Positions 30,504-41,306 of a stretch of 64,000 nt of DNA are shown here, piece after piece. The notes below the pieces were generated by a model. The model ran no database searches and was not told the DNA's origin. It saw only the letters and a program-made list of their open reading frames with translations. The position numbers were made by a program, and so were the translations under genes. Position 1 is the stretch's first letter. Each line of letters starts with the position of its first letter. The DNA is from Tortispora ganteri (taxonomy: Eukaryota): the NCBI GenBank assembly GCA_003707115.1, contig PPNB01000007.1, positions 62,001-126,000 on the forward strand, read 5' to 3'.

Positions 30504-31961
30504 ATGAGTGCCGATAGTACTAACGCAGGTCCCAGCACTATAGAGCCATACTACCCTCCGGTACCGGAGCCCGCTTCGCAGCCTGACTCCGCTCCTGCCG
30601 AAGCTGCAGTCAAGCAGCGCACCCTCACTATCAAGGTAACCGGCATAGAGCGTGCCGGTAAAAAAGACCCCATAATCAAATTTGACGTTCACTCGACGCT
30701 TCCTGGGTTTCGTACTACCACATTTCGCGACGTCAGGCGGTACCATAAAGAATTCGTAAGACTGTTCGAGCATCTGAATGGCAATAACCTGCAATGCTTT
30801 GTCCCATCAGTGCCGCCACCCTACACCTCGTTCGGAGCAGGCTCCGAGGAGGATGAGATCTATCTAAAAGCGAACATGCAAAAATGGCTGAATAAAATTG
30901 CAAAAAGCCCCATTCTTAGCCGTGATGAAGAGATTATCTACTTCATCGAAACCGACAAGGACTACATCCCGCTCCACAAAAGGCGACCTCCGGCAACTGG
31001 ACTCAGAAGAAAAGCAATGAAACAACTGCAGCCCCCACCTGATGACTGTATTGAGCTTGCGAACTTCAGGCCTTTGGTGAAGTCTTTTTACTTGTCTACT
31101 CAAGACGTTTGCTCGCGCCTGGAAGCTAAGTCTAAGGCGATGCGAACTCTTGGCTCTTCCATTAATTATTTCGGAAAGGATCTTTCTGACCTGGCCGATA
31201 TCGAAGCTTACCCTGCAATGGCAGCTCTCTGGAAAAAGTTTGGTAAGACTATTATGAGCGTCGGCGACGTTTCTGGTGTTAATTCTACTTGCCAGATCGC
31301 CACCCTGGGCGATGGCCTAAAGCTGCTGTCTAAAGATGCTTATGTCATGAAAGAAACTCTGACGAACCGCCACCTTTTAATGCGAGACTTGTTGTCAGCT
31401 CAGCAGAATAGCAAATCAAAGCATCAGACTGCATCAAAACTTCGGGGAAGTACACAGATATCACCAGCCAAGGTTGACGAGGCGATTCGAAGTCTGGAAG
31501 ACGCTAAAGTGCATGAAGAAAATTTGACAAATCAGCTTGTCGATATTACCAATAATCTTTTGAATGAAAAAGCAGAGTGGTATACTTCAGTGGAGGCCGA
31601 AATTTCAGCCTGCGTGGCCGATTACACTAGGAGAGTCATAGACGCTGAGCGCAAAACACTTGCTATCTGGGAGATGGTACGACCTGATGTCCGGAACGCA
31701 GATCCTGCAGGAGGTTTATCGAGACTTGGCCGATCTACAGTTGGTCCAGCTAATTCTGCTACGGCTCCAAGTCAAGGCCCTTCCGGTGATAGCTGGAGTG
31801 GGGAGGAGCGCCGCCGCCGTCCTCGAACTACGTCGAAAAGTATAGCCGCTATGTCTTCTGCCCCTGCTAGCACTGCGAACGATTCTGAGTCTATTGAGGA
31901 CACACCGCATGATATTGATGCTAGGCAAGCTGCTTCTTTACTTGCAGGTTCGTCGTTCTAG
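30504..31961 (+). CDS. VPS17: Retromer sorting nexin Vps17 (PX + BAR)
   Basis: KVTGIER.GKKDPII.FD..TLP.FR, ATGLRRK..KQLQPP.D and KETLTNRHLLMR. The likely ATG is 30504; the upstream part of the track ORF overlaps the HAD gene. Confidence 0.9.
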   Translation: MSADSTNAGPSTIEPYYPPVPEPASQPDSAPAEAAVKQRTLTIKVTGIERAGKKDPIIKFDVHSTLPGFRTTTFRDVRRYHKEFVRLFEHLNGNNLQCFVPSVPPPYTSFGAGSEEDEIYLKANMQKWLNKIAKSPILSRDEEIIYFIETDKDYIPLHKRRPPATGLRRKAMKQLQPPPDDCIELANFRPLVKSFYLSTQDVCSRLEAKSKAMRTLGSSINYFGKDLSDLADIEAYPAMAALWKKFGKTIMSVGDVSGVNSTCQIATLGDGLKLLSKDAYVMKETLTNRHLLMRDLLSAQQNSKSKHQTASKLRGSTQISPAKVDEAIRSLEDAKVHEENLTNQLVDITNNLLNEKAEWYTSVEAEISACVADYTRRVIDAERKTLAIWEMVRPDVRNADPAGGLSRLGRSTVGPANSATAPSQGPSGDSWSGEERRRRPRTTSKSIAAMSSAPASTANDSESIEDTPHDIDARQAASLLAGSSF

Positions 31962-32068
31962 AGGGTGTTGTTTAGCACTCGTGCAAGAGCGGCTTTTCTA
32001 CTATTGTGTCTGATGATAAAGTATGCGTGTATGATCATTATCATTTGTTGTATCGTAACTGTGAACTT

Positions 32069-35000
32069 CTATACTGCAGAAGCGACTGCTTTTGAGTAGC
32101 AGTCTTCGAATAATGTGGGTTTCTTGCCGTATCCAGTTGAGTTGTCTTTGATGGGCCATGTCACAGCAAAAGCTCCAGTTCCCAGATGCATGCTCTGGCC
32201 TAAGATAATTGATTCAGAGACTCCTTCGACCTTGTCTTCCTTCTGGAAGAAGGCTGCGTCGAAAAGATGATCTGTAGTTTTCTCGAAGGACGCGAGCTGC
32301 AGGACACTATCTCGCATTTTGGCCAGACCAAATCTTGTTATTCCGAGCACCTCGCCTTTGAATGACATGACGTCTCCGAGGAGCTGGACATGACGAGGAT
32401 CGACACTCATTCCGTGCTTAGACATAGTGTAATCGATTTCGTTAATTATACTGGCCCTTGCCGCTTCGATTCCAAGTACAGATGCCATCTCAAGAACGTG
32501 GTTTGTGAATGTTTCAGTGCCGACAACTCCTGGTGTATTCATAACTTCGCGTAGCCCATATCCTTCTACAAGTAGTTCTTTTGAATTGTCGTCTCGAATA
32601 TTGATCACCGCTCTTGATATGGAGGGCACGCCGGCCACTATGACATCCGGCAGTGCACGACAAAGAGATTGTGCCCTGAAGTATAACGCGGTCGCTGCTG
32701 CGTCTGCTGGATCGCGTTTCAAATCCAAACTATTGCTGCCTTCATTGACGACAATACGGACCTCGGAGTCTCCAAGGATATGCACCTGATTACTCTGTAT
32801 TTTGAGCTTGGGTGCATTTACAACTGACCTCGCTATATCCGATATAGTTAGCTCAAGCTGCAAACGGTCGATGGTTTCTTGATTGATCTTGATCCGTACG
32901 AAGACTTCTGACTCTGAAAAACCGTCCTCAATGAATTTGCTGATATCCCGCAGCTTCGTCTTCTCTATACGTCCCTTGACTATACGCGCTGCAACTTCGT
33001 CTTCCTTATTGGCTAGAACGCCGGTAATAATAGGGGTACTGATGTTCTTAGAGGCATTGATGATTTCTTTTATTCGTGGAACTCCAAGTGTGACATTCAT
33101 CGAGGCGACACCGGCAAAATGGAACGTCTTAAGTGTCATTTGCGTTCCCGGCTCGCCAATAGATTGTGCACCAATAGCCCCTACCGCCGTTCCAGGTTCT
33201 ATTTGTGCACGCTCGTATTTCTGCAGACACGTTTGGACAAATGTCACAATTGTCGGTTTTGTGATCTTGCATAAACGTTGGCATACTGACGCCGCTGTTG
33301 GATCATCTTTTATCTGCTCGTCTGCGCTCAGTCCTTCAGCTAATCCGTGTTTGGCCCTTGTATGTGCCAGTTTGTTGGCCATTTCTTCAATAAATGCGCC
33401 TATATCTTCTCTGAATTTCCAACGTGGGTCGTTCTCGGGTCCATAAAACCCATCAACAAGCAATTCTTTAGCCAGATTGAGAATTTCATACGGATAAAGG
33501 TTGCGCGAGTTGTCTGAAATATTTATGTTGCAGGAATGGAACCATGTTCTCGCAAAGTTCACAGGTTTTGCGTCTCCTTCCATGTACATTGGGTCAAGGT
33601 TATCGCCTCCGTATTCAAACTGTACAATACCTTTGCTGGAGTTGCGGATAGTCTTGTCGTATGACGCAGATATATCTTCGAGCGATTTCATTAGTCGTCG
33701 AGACATGTATCCAGTTTCTGCGGTCTTCACTGCGGTATCAACAAGTCCCTCGCGTCCCGAAATCGCATGGAAGAAGAACTCAGTCGGTGTTAATCCGGAG
33801 AAGAACGAATTAGACACAAACCCTTTACTCTCGGGCTCCTTGGAGAACTTCCTGTAGTGAGGAAGAGATCTGTCCTGGAACCCGTTTGGCACACGGCTGC
33901 CTGAGATGATCTGCTGGCCTACGAGGGCCACCATCTGTGATACGTTCAGTGTAGAGCCTTTAGAGCCACAAAGAGACATTATAAGAGGAGAGTTCCATCT
34001 TCCTAGTTCAGAAATACACATTTCACCGACCTCTTCACGTACTTTCGAAAGGATACCACCAATTTTAGCTTCTAATGTTTCTTCCTCGTCGCATCCAGGC
34101 TGAGTTTCCAGCTTTCCCTCGCTGTATAGCTCAATGAGGTCATTGCAAGCGTTGTAGGCGTTCTGGACCATCTGTTTCTTCAGCACGGACAGGTGTGCGT
34201 CTGGCGTGACGTCACTAATACCGATAGAGAATCCACGACGGCCTATGTACCTAGCACACATGTGAGCCATTCTGTTCATCGCTTTGATAGCAGAGTCCGG
34301 GCCAAAATCGTTCAGCATCACGTAAAAAATAGAATGTTTCTTTCCGTCCCCGAGTAAACTTTTGTCCATATTTCCGCTAATGATCTGGCTGTTCTTTATA
34401 ACGACGTAGCCGTCATTAGGTGACATGATTGAGTGGTATCCTGGCTCGGGCTTTGCGAACGTTTTGCATTTTGCCTCGAGGTTCAAGAGCACTTTGGAGT
34501 CATATGTAGACCTTATAAGCATTGAGTATACTTGCTTACCAGTCCATAGGTGTTTCGGTTTAATGATTGCAGGTGTAGGAATGTCGAAATGATCCAGACC
34601 GTCTGTCATCATTGTGCATAATTCGCATACAGTGGCTCTATCGAAGAAACTGTCTTTGTGAGCAATTAGATACGAAGCAGTAATGAAATCCTGAGTAGCC
34701 GCAATAATTGGCTCGCCTGATCTAGGTGTAACCAGATTGTACTTAACTCCCATGAGGTTCATAGCCTCAGATCTTGCTTCTTCCGTTTGGAGTACGTGCA
34801 AGTTCATTTCGTCACCGTCGAAATCAGCATTGTAAGGTGTACAAACGCATTCGTTAAGACGGAAAGTTCTCCAGGGTCTGACTTTGACAAAATGCGCTAG
34901 TATAGACAATCTATGTAGAGATGGTTGTCTATTGAAAAGAACGATATCGTTGTCTTCTAAATGTCGTTCGACGATATCGCCAATACGGAGATTCTGTGCA

Positions 35001-36304
35001 ATTACATTGCGATCACCGTATCTCAGGTTCCTGCGCGCGGCTTCTTTCTCTTTCGCAATATAGTTTGCACCAGGGTATATATTTGGTCCATTTATTACTC
35101 GCGTCTGCAGCCTTGCTTTATTGTGACGTGTGACGACTTCAGGATACGTAAGGATTTTTGCGATACGTTCTGGGACGGCGACTTGTTCAACTCCAAGATT
35201 AGGATCAGGAGATATAACTGTACGGCCAGAGAAATCGACACGTTTTCCAGATAAATTGCCTCTGAATCTACCTTGTTTGCCTTTCAGACGTTGACATAAA
35301 CCTCTTATAGGCTTTGCGCCTCCAGGGCCAGAGGCGCCAGGTGTATCTGAGTTTATATACATTGCCACTGATAGCTGTAGGTAGTCCCATTGTTCCATAA
35401 GATTAACTATGGTCATACCTTTTTCAAGTCCAGCTTTGATCATAGACGATGTCCAGACGATTTCAGTAAGTTTGATAGTGAGATCGTCTTCATTACTGGC
35501 GTTGTCTTGCACGACAGATGGACGTATACATGCGGGTGGCGCTGGCACTGTTTCCCAAATAAAATCTTCAAGGTTTGCAAGCTGTGGGTTAAGACCTAGT
35601 AATTCGTAGTCCTGTGGGTCAACATGGCTGAACAATGCCTTGACTTTAACAGGGTTAAGATTATCTAGTGCTTTTCTTTGAAGTTTTTCGAGGTCTGGTA
35701 TAAACTTATAAGCTTCACCAAATAAAGCATAGAATTCTTGTCTTTCATGTTCATCTTTCTTACTGAGATAGCGGAACCGATCGTGAACGATACGTAGTGG
35801 ACCTGATGTTTTTACTATACCATTCAAGGAGCCACATTTCAGGCATCGACGTTGTTTTCTACATTGTGTAGCTATAGCCTTAATAATTGCTAAGCGTCGA
35901 ACACCATCAAGATTTGGACGGTTAAGTTCTTGAACGAATTTATGTCGTTGTTCTTCGGGTAAAAGCAAAGCTGAGCATTCCTTGCAAATACATTGCAATA
36001 CTGCCAGTACATTACGGAAGAACCCCGTATGAAACACTGGTAAAGCTAATCTTATATGACCAAAATGACCTTGACATTGTGATAATTTTTGATTACAAGT
36101 CTCACATTCAGCTTGATTTGTAGAAACACCCATACGTCGATCTAGTGCACCATGTACTTTCGGAATACGGCCTTGTTCTAGATCAAACAGATCACGTGTA
36201 GAAACTTCTACTTGACTCTGATGTACAATACTTTTTGAAGACAATGCACCAAATCTTACAGATGAGATCCTCTTAGGAGGACAATCGATCACCTTGTCTT
36301 TCAT
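32069..36304 (-). CDS. RPO31: RNA polymerase III largest subunit (Rpc1/C160)
   Basis: RLKGKQGRFRGNLSGKRVDFSGRTVISPDP, NADFDGDEMN, TQMTLKTFHFAGVASMNVTLG and LASFEKTTDHLF; no Pol II CTD. Confidence 0.97.
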   Translation of the reverse strand: MKDKVIDCPPKRISSVRFGALSSKSIVHQSQVEVSTRDLFDLEQGRIPKVHGALDRRMGVSTNQAECETCNQKLSQCQGHFGHIRLALPVFHTGFFRNVLAVLQCICKECSALLLPEEQRHKFVQELNRPNLDGVRRLAIIKAIATQCRKQRRCLKCGSLNGIVKTSGPLRIVHDRFRYLSKKDEHERQEFYALFGEAYKFIPDLEKLQRKALDNLNPVKVKALFSHVDPQDYELLGLNPQLANLEDFIWETVPAPPACIRPSVVQDNASNEDDLTIKLTEIVWTSSMIKAGLEKGMTIVNLMEQWDYLQLSVAMYINSDTPGASGPGGAKPIRGLCQRLKGKQGRFRGNLSGKRVDFSGRTVISPDPNLGVEQVAVPERIAKILTYPEVVTRHNKARLQTRVINGPNIYPGANYIAKEKEAARRNLRYGDRNVIAQNLRIGDIVERHLEDNDIVLFNRQPSLHRLSILAHFVKVRPWRTFRLNECVCTPYNADFDGDEMNLHVLQTEEARSEAMNLMGVKYNLVTPRSGEPIIAATQDFITASYLIAHKDSFFDRATVCELCTMMTDGLDHFDIPTPAIIKPKHLWTGKQVYSMLIRSTYDSKVLLNLEAKCKTFAKPEPGYHSIMSPNDGYVVIKNSQIISGNMDKSLLGDGKKHSIFYVMLNDFGPDSAIKAMNRMAHMCARYIGRRGFSIGISDVTPDAHLSVLKKQMVQNAYNACNDLIELYSEGKLETQPGCDEEETLEAKIGGILSKVREEVGEMCISELGRWNSPLIMSLCGSKGSTLNVSQMVALVGQQIISGSRVPNGFQDRSLPHYRKFSKEPESKGFVSNSFFSGLTPTEFFFHAISGREGLVDTAVKTAETGYMSRRLMKSLEDISASYDKTIRNSSKGIVQFEYGGDNLDPMYMEGDAKPVNFARTWFHSCNINISDNSRNLYPYEILNLAKELLVDGFYGPENDPRWKFREDIGAFIEEMANKLAHTRAKHGLAEGLSADEQIKDDPTAASVCQRLCKITKPTIVTFVQTCLQKYERAQIEPGTAVGAIGAQSIGEPGTQMTLKTFHFAGVASMNVTLGVPRIKEIINASKNISTPIITGVLANKEDEVAARIVKGRIEKTKLRDISKFIEDGFSESEVFVRIKINQETIDRLQLELTISDIARSVVNAPKLKIQSNQVHILGDSEVRIVVNEGSNSLDLKRDPADAAATALYFRAQSLCRALPDVIVAGVPSISRAVINIRDDNSKELLVEGYGLREVMNTPGVVGTETFTNHVLEMASVLGIEAARASIINEIDYTMSKHGMSVDPRHVQLLGDVMSFKGEVLGITRFGLAKMRDSVLQLASFEKTTDHLFDAAFFQKEDKVEGVSESIILGQSMHLGTGAFAVTWPIKDNSTGYGKKPTLFEDCYSKAVASAV

Positions 36305-36544
36305 TTTATAAAAAAATAGGAAAAAAAAGGTGAATGTCTTGTTTCTCGCTGTATAGGAAATTTTAAAAAGTTCACTAGGTACAACAATAAAACTTTAATT
36401 TCTCATCTAGACAAGGTGCGGCTGATGAAACCTTAAATAAACCTGCTGCACTTTTCCACCATCGGCTCTAGTTATTGCTTTAATTTTTTTGCAATTCCCC
36501 ATTATTTTGGTATAAAATCTGCATTTTTTTCATATTTTCTCTTT

Positions 36545-38584
36545 ATGTCGAAAACAAATTCGCCAAATAAACCACTATTGACATCTCGGTCCAGCGTATC
36601 GTCGCAATCTGGATCTCTATCCAAGGCGGCGTCGACGGCATCTAAAAGACCCCCTGAATCCAATGACAAACCGCCCTTGTCTATTGATCCAGTCCAATCT
36701 GTATTCCTAGCTGCTCATAACACCGAAACTAGTCAATTACGTAACGAGATTCAAGATTTTGATATAGATTCCCCTGCAATGGGAGAAGGCGAACTATCTC
36801 TAGCCGATCTTGGCTACCTGTTATTCGAAGGCTCTGAAGCCTCTGAAGCATCTGAAGCCTCTCACGATGTCGAAGGCTCATCTGTAAATGAAACAGCCAG
36901 CCAGCAACTTCCAGACGGTGATCTCCGTGATTCCCGGTCTATACTTGAAAGAAGTTCACTTTCTAATGCCGGCCGCGTCCGTGCTCGATCTTCATCTAAC
37001 GTCTCGAATTACTCAGATACCGACATCAAAGTCCCTTCTTATTCAGTAGCCAGCAGTAAACGCAACAAAGAGTTCCACAAATTATTCAGATCGGTACCTG
37101 AACACGAACGGCTTATTGAAGATTATGGTTGTGCTCTCAGTCGTGAAATCCTGCTTCAAGGCCGTCTCTATGTTTCTCAGAACTACGTTTGTTTCAATTC
37201 GAACATCTTCGGCTGGGTCACCAACCTTGTCATTGCCTTTGCAGACGTAGTCTCTATTGAAAAGAAAACTACAGCTGGTCTGTTCCCCAACGCTATTGTT
37301 GTTCAGACACTTCATGCGCGAAACGTGTTTGCTAGTTTCATATCGCGCGATGTCACTTACAGATTACTCGTCAACGTCTGGCGAGGCGAGGATGCAGAGC
37401 CCTCAGGTCAATATGGCGACCAAATTAGCGATTCAGATTCTCAATTCTCGGATTCAGATGAGTCTATCACTGACGATCAGTCCGACTCGAATAATTCTTC
37501 TAAAGCAGAAGAGGCTGGCGAAAACTACGGTATGACCGGCGGCGAGACTGCAGACGGCACAAGCACGGTGCTCCCAGAGGGAGAATATGGACCAACAACT
37601 CATTCGCCAACAGAACTACACTTAAATCTACCGGAATTCAATAAATATATTGCTACAACGACTATTCAGGCACCTTTAGGCAAAGTTGCTTCCCTGTTAT
37701 TTGGCCCGCAAACTGACTGGCTTGTCAACTTCATCCAAGAAAGTCAGAAATGCCGCAATCTATCGCCTATATCTGAGTGGAAGAAGAATACTGATGGTAA
37801 AATGGAACGACATTACGAGTACGTCAAACCGCTCGACTATTCCATTGGACCTAAATCTACCAGATGCATTGCAACTGAAACACGTGAGGCATGGGATTTC
37901 GAAGAAGGTGTATGTGTGGTGAATACTACTAAGTCACCAGATGTACCGAGTGGTAATATTTTTGACGTTAAAACTAAATTTGAGTTGACGTGGGCTGATA
38001 ATAATGCTACGAAGATTGTATGCACGTGCCTAATTGAATGGTCAGGCAAAAGTTGGATCAAAGGACCTATTGAGAAAGGTACAGTAGATGGTCAAAAGCA
38101 ATATTTTTCAGATCTTATTGAAGCGCTTAAGTCTACGCTTATTAGCCGTGGTAAAAAAGCATCGAAATCACGCAGAAAGAGTGTACGTCAGAAATCAGTC
38201 GATGGAAATAATGATACTACAAATTCTGATTCCAGTATGAGTATCATGTCTCATATATTCAGCATTATGAAAACTGGATTCAATACTATTATCAGTCTGG
38301 GACCTCTTGTGTTGATCTGTATTACATTGGCTTTGACAGTACTTGTACTATCTGTGTCGAAAATGTCTGAAGGACGTAGCGACTCACTAGTACTGTACGA
38401 TAAATGGGAAAAGGAATGGGATGCTCAGGAAAAGCAATTGTGGAAGATTTTACAATCGAAAGCACCATTATCAGTTGATTTTGATTATAAAATACCAACT
38501 GATTTTGATAAATCTGAGGTATTATTATATGTGAATGAAGTGGAACGGTACTTAGAACTATTAAAACGACAGGCGAAATTATAA
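36545..38584 (+). CDS. GRAM + VASt/StART-like sterol transfer protein (Lam/Ltc family)
   Basis: RNKEFHKLF, CALSREILLQGRLY, SPDVPSG..F, WSGKSWIKGPIEK and a C-terminal TM. Confidence 0.9.
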   Translation: MSKTNSPNKPLLTSRSSVSSQSGSLSKAASTASKRPPESNDKPPLSIDPVQSVFLAAHNTETSQLRNEIQDFDIDSPAMGEGELSLADLGYLLFEGSEASEASEASHDVEGSSVNETASQQLPDGDLRDSRSILERSSLSNAGRVRARSSSNVSNYSDTDIKVPSYSVASSKRNKEFHKLFRSVPEHERLIEDYGCALSREILLQGRLYVSQNYVCFNSNIFGWVTNLVIAFADVVSIEKKTTAGLFPNAIVVQTLHARNVFASFISRDVTYRLLVNVWRGEDAEPSGQYGDQISDSDSQFSDSDESITDDQSDSNNSSKAEEAGENYGMTGGETADGTSTVLPEGEYGPTTHSPTELHLNLPEFNKYIATTTIQAPLGKVASLLFGPQTDWLVNFIQESQKCRNLSPISEWKKNTDGKMERHYEYVKPLDYSIGPKSTRCIATETREAWDFEEGVCVVNTTKSPDVPSGNIFDVKTKFELTWADNNATKIVCTCLIEWSGKSWIKGPIEKGTVDGQKQYFSDLIEALKSTLISRGKKASKSRRKSVRQKSVDGNNDTTNSDSSMSIMSHIFSIMKTGFNTIISLGPLVLICITLALTVLVLSVSKMSEGRSDSLVLYDKWEKEWDAQEKQLWKILQSKAPLSVDFDYKIPTDFDKSEVLLYVNEVERYLELLKRQAKL

Positions 38585-38715
38585 TATTAGGATAATATAT
38601 ATGAATTAAATGAATTATTTACATGTAATACATGGTTATTGTATATAATAAAGAATATCATGTATATACATATATATCATTATATACTTCAATAATCCCA
38701 ATTTCCGCTTAACTA

Positions 38716-39420
38716 ATGACTTTCACTATGGACCCTCTAGAAACAGTCCAAATTAGTGCATCAGCATTATTAACAATATTAAATATGATCGAAATTAGTC
38801 AAAAAGGTGAACAACAAGAGAAAGTGGCATTATTAATTGGTTTTAACAATATTGTAAAGGAAGCAATTCCAATGAACTTGAATGAAATCACTAAAGATAA
38901 TGAAAACGTTCATGAAGCAGTACAACTTATCACAGAGGTTCATAATGACTGGAAACTAATGGGCTGGCTTATTAATGAGAATCAACTTAATTTATTGCAC
39001 GAAATTCATGGACTTGTTATATTGATCAAATATAGCCAGATGTGCAGCTACTTGCAGTTACAGGAAACCCCACTGACCGCCTATTACAATAAGATAGAGA
39101 TCCCTTTAACTATAGCTGTTTCACCGGCAGAACGTGCCGTCGTGAACCTCTATCTTAAACAGCCTCTTATTCCTACACAGGGCGCCACTGCCAAAGAAGC
39201 TACAACACTCTATCGAAACCGCATGGCATACATTGACGCGCTCGCACATAAGGTCAAAGAAATAGCTGGCGATCAAGCAATTGACCAGCATTTGCGTATT
39301 ACAGAGGCGCAAATCCACGCTAGACAAATAGATGCCGGGCTTATTAACCTGCTCGACAGTACAACACAACTTCTAGCTAGTGTGGCGACACTACCTGACG
39401 CCACCGGTATCGGCCAATGA
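38716..39420 (+). CDS. Divergent MPN(-) protein, probable COP9 signalosome subunit 6
   Basis: VQIS..ALLTI, ALLIG, EVH.DWKLMGW, AERAVV and D..LI.LL...T match the CSN6/eIF3f/Rpn8 layout. No JAMM motif is present. Confidence 0.5.
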   Translation: MTFTMDPLETVQISASALLTILNMIEISQKGEQQEKVALLIGFNNIVKEAIPMNLNEITKDNENVHEAVQLITEVHNDWKLMGWLINENQLNLLHEIHGLVILIKYSQMCSYLQLQETPLTAYYNKIEIPLTIAVSPAERAVVNLYLKQPLIPTQGATAKEATTLYRNRMAYIDALAHKVKEIAGDQAIDQHLRITEAQIHARQIDAGLINLLDSTTQLLASVATLPDATGIGQ

Positions 39421-39500
39421 CTTGATCTGGCCTAGCCTAAGCCTAGCCCATCACCAACATACTAACTTTTCCCAATAACTCCATCTTCGACGCATCACAG

Positions 39501-39767
39501 ATGGTCGACTCTAACATTCTCAACGCATTTAAAACCGCTTATGATAACGGAAAATCTACCGATCCAGACAAAGATTGCTTTGCATGCAGAGCAATAGGGT
39601 TCCTGGTCTGCTCTGTAGCCGGTGTAACGCTGTTACGGCGATCAACAGCCTCTAATCTCCCTAGACTCACTGTCTTCGGTATGCAGGCCGGCGGCACGGG
39701 GATCTTGGCGCTGGGCGTCTACAGACTTTTGATCTACGACAGTAAAGAAACTAAATCACCTGTATGA
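39501..39767 (+). CDS. Small membrane protein with DCxxCR motif (DUF4536/DMAC1-like)
   Basis: 88 aa; DCFACRAIG followed by two hydrophobic helices ending LGVYRL. Confidence 0.65.
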   Translation: MVDSNILNAFKTAYDNGKSTDPDKDCFACRAIGFLVCSVAGVTLLRRSTASNLPRLTVFGMQAGGTGILALGVYRLLIYDSKETKSPV

Positions 39768-39915
39768 GGGTGTCGTGATCTATAATGGTCAGCTGTTCTC
39801 AGCTAATGTCGCTCCTGCTTATTGTTGTTGACCTACCTCCCTCGAAACACTATCAACATCTACTACTCACATCTAATTACCAATCATAATAATATTCCAT
39901 TGAATGCATAGCGAT

Positions 39916-41052
39916 CTAATCGTTAAATGCAAACTGACGCGCCCACTGCGCCATGTCGAACCTTGGAGACCGGTCCAGGTTCATCGCAAAGGGGTGTTTC
40001 AATAAATCCCACGGTGCAGGTCTCAGTTCCACATCTTTAATTAAACATGCATCTATGCAGTTCTGTAATTCTTTGCTGTACCCTGAATTCTCAGGTAGTG
40101 TTGGCGGGCTTTCATTTACTATTTGCTGTAGCAGATCTAAAATGCCTAACGGACCTGCCGTAGACGACGAGCTCGAAGAGTCATCCTTCGAACAGAACGG
40201 GGATTTACCCATCGCCAGCTCTAGAAGAGTGAGCCCAAAAGACCACACATCACTCTTTACAGTATAAGGAGCGCCTTGTATTCGTTCAGGTGACATGTAC
40301 GTACTGGTTCCCACAAATGTTTCAGCAACAGAATTGATTAGTTCACCTGAGACTCCGAAATCGCACAGTTTGATCTGGCCGCGGCAGTTAACCAGTATGT
40401 TGCTTGGCTTGACGTCGCGATGCATAATACGATGCGAAGTGTAAAGATAAGTGAGTCCATTCAGCACAGAGTATGTAATATGCTGTAAAGGCCGCTCTTC
40501 TATTCGACCGGCTAGCTTGTAGATACGGTCAAGTGATCCGCAGTCCATGTACTCCATACACATGACCACACTATTTTCCAACACAAACGCACCAAAAAAG
40601 CTCACTATATAATCCGTTTTGCACTCTTTCATAATATAGAGTTCGCGGACGATCTGCTTGCTGACAGTAGCTTTCGCTTCAATTCTAATCATTTTTCGCG
40701 CCATTATCTTACCGCTAGGTCTATGCAACACTTTATTAACGCTTCCACCGGCACCGGCGCCCAATTCAGATAGCGATTTGAAATCTTCCGATCGTAACAC
40801 CGACGATCCGTCTATACCCAATTGCGCAGAATCCAGATCAGAGCGAGGAGAGTCTACGCTCTGCGTCGTTGGCCTTCGGGGTTGCAGCTCTACTGCATAC
40901 CGCTGTCGTCCGCTAGAAGCAGAAGGAGTCAAATTCTTTGCTGAAACGCCACCAACATTTCCTCCAGGAAGTACAAGTTGTTTGAGGTTCTTTCGCAATA
41001 GCGTACGCGGTTTGAGCGTAGGAATACTCTCGTTTCTGACGCTTTCTGCCAT
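39916..41052 (-). CDS. STE7: MAP kinase kinase of the mating/filamentation pathway (Ste7/Byr1)
   Basis: Docking motif RKNLKQLVL, LGAGAGGSV, HRDVKPSN and activation loop DFGVSGELINSVAETFVGTSTYMSPERIQG. Confidence 0.93.
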   Translation of the reverse strand: MAESVRNESIPTLKPRTLLRKNLKQLVLPGGNVGGVSAKNLTPSASSGRQRYAVELQPRRPTTQSVDSPRSDLDSAQLGIDGSSVLRSEDFKSLSELGAGAGGSVNKVLHRPSGKIMARKMIRIEAKATVSKQIVRELYIMKECKTDYIVSFFGAFVLENSVVMCMEYMDCGSLDRIYKLAGRIEERPLQHITYSVLNGLTYLYTSHRIMHRDVKPSNILVNCRGQIKLCDFGVSGELINSVAETFVGTSTYMSPERIQGAPYTVKSDVWSFGLTLLELAMGKSPFCSKDDSSSSSSTAGPLGILDLLQQIVNESPPTLPENSGYSKELQNCIDACLIKDVELRPAPWDLLKHPFAMNLDRSPRFDMAQWARQFAFND

Positions 41053-41292
41053 CCTCTAGTATAGTCTTTCTTACCAGATACCCACTATGCTGTCAGACAG
41101 AATTTTTCACCAATAGCTTTCAAATTTATACAAAAAGAAATTATAAAAACTATACAGAGTGCTCTACTTATTCTCAAAAGACTCAAAAAAGAAGTACTAT
41201 GTAGGTCCTTTTAAATGCCGTATATCTAAGGGGGGCGCCTGGACCGCAAAACAGCCTGTCCTCCTGCCACGAGGATCTGCCATCAAACCAAA

Positions 41293-41306
41293 GTTTCCAT
41301 GACAAC
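41293..41306. promoter_or_regulatory. RFX X-box-like element GTTTCCATGACAAC
   Basis: One mismatch from GTTNCCATGGCAAC; lies in the STE7/SPT6 divergent promoter. Confidence 0.45.

Noticed and set aside
38573..38584. C-terminal AKL (PTS1-like) on the GRAM-VASt protein
   Set aside because: It follows a transmembrane anchor in a family known as ER contact-site proteins, so it is probably coincidental.
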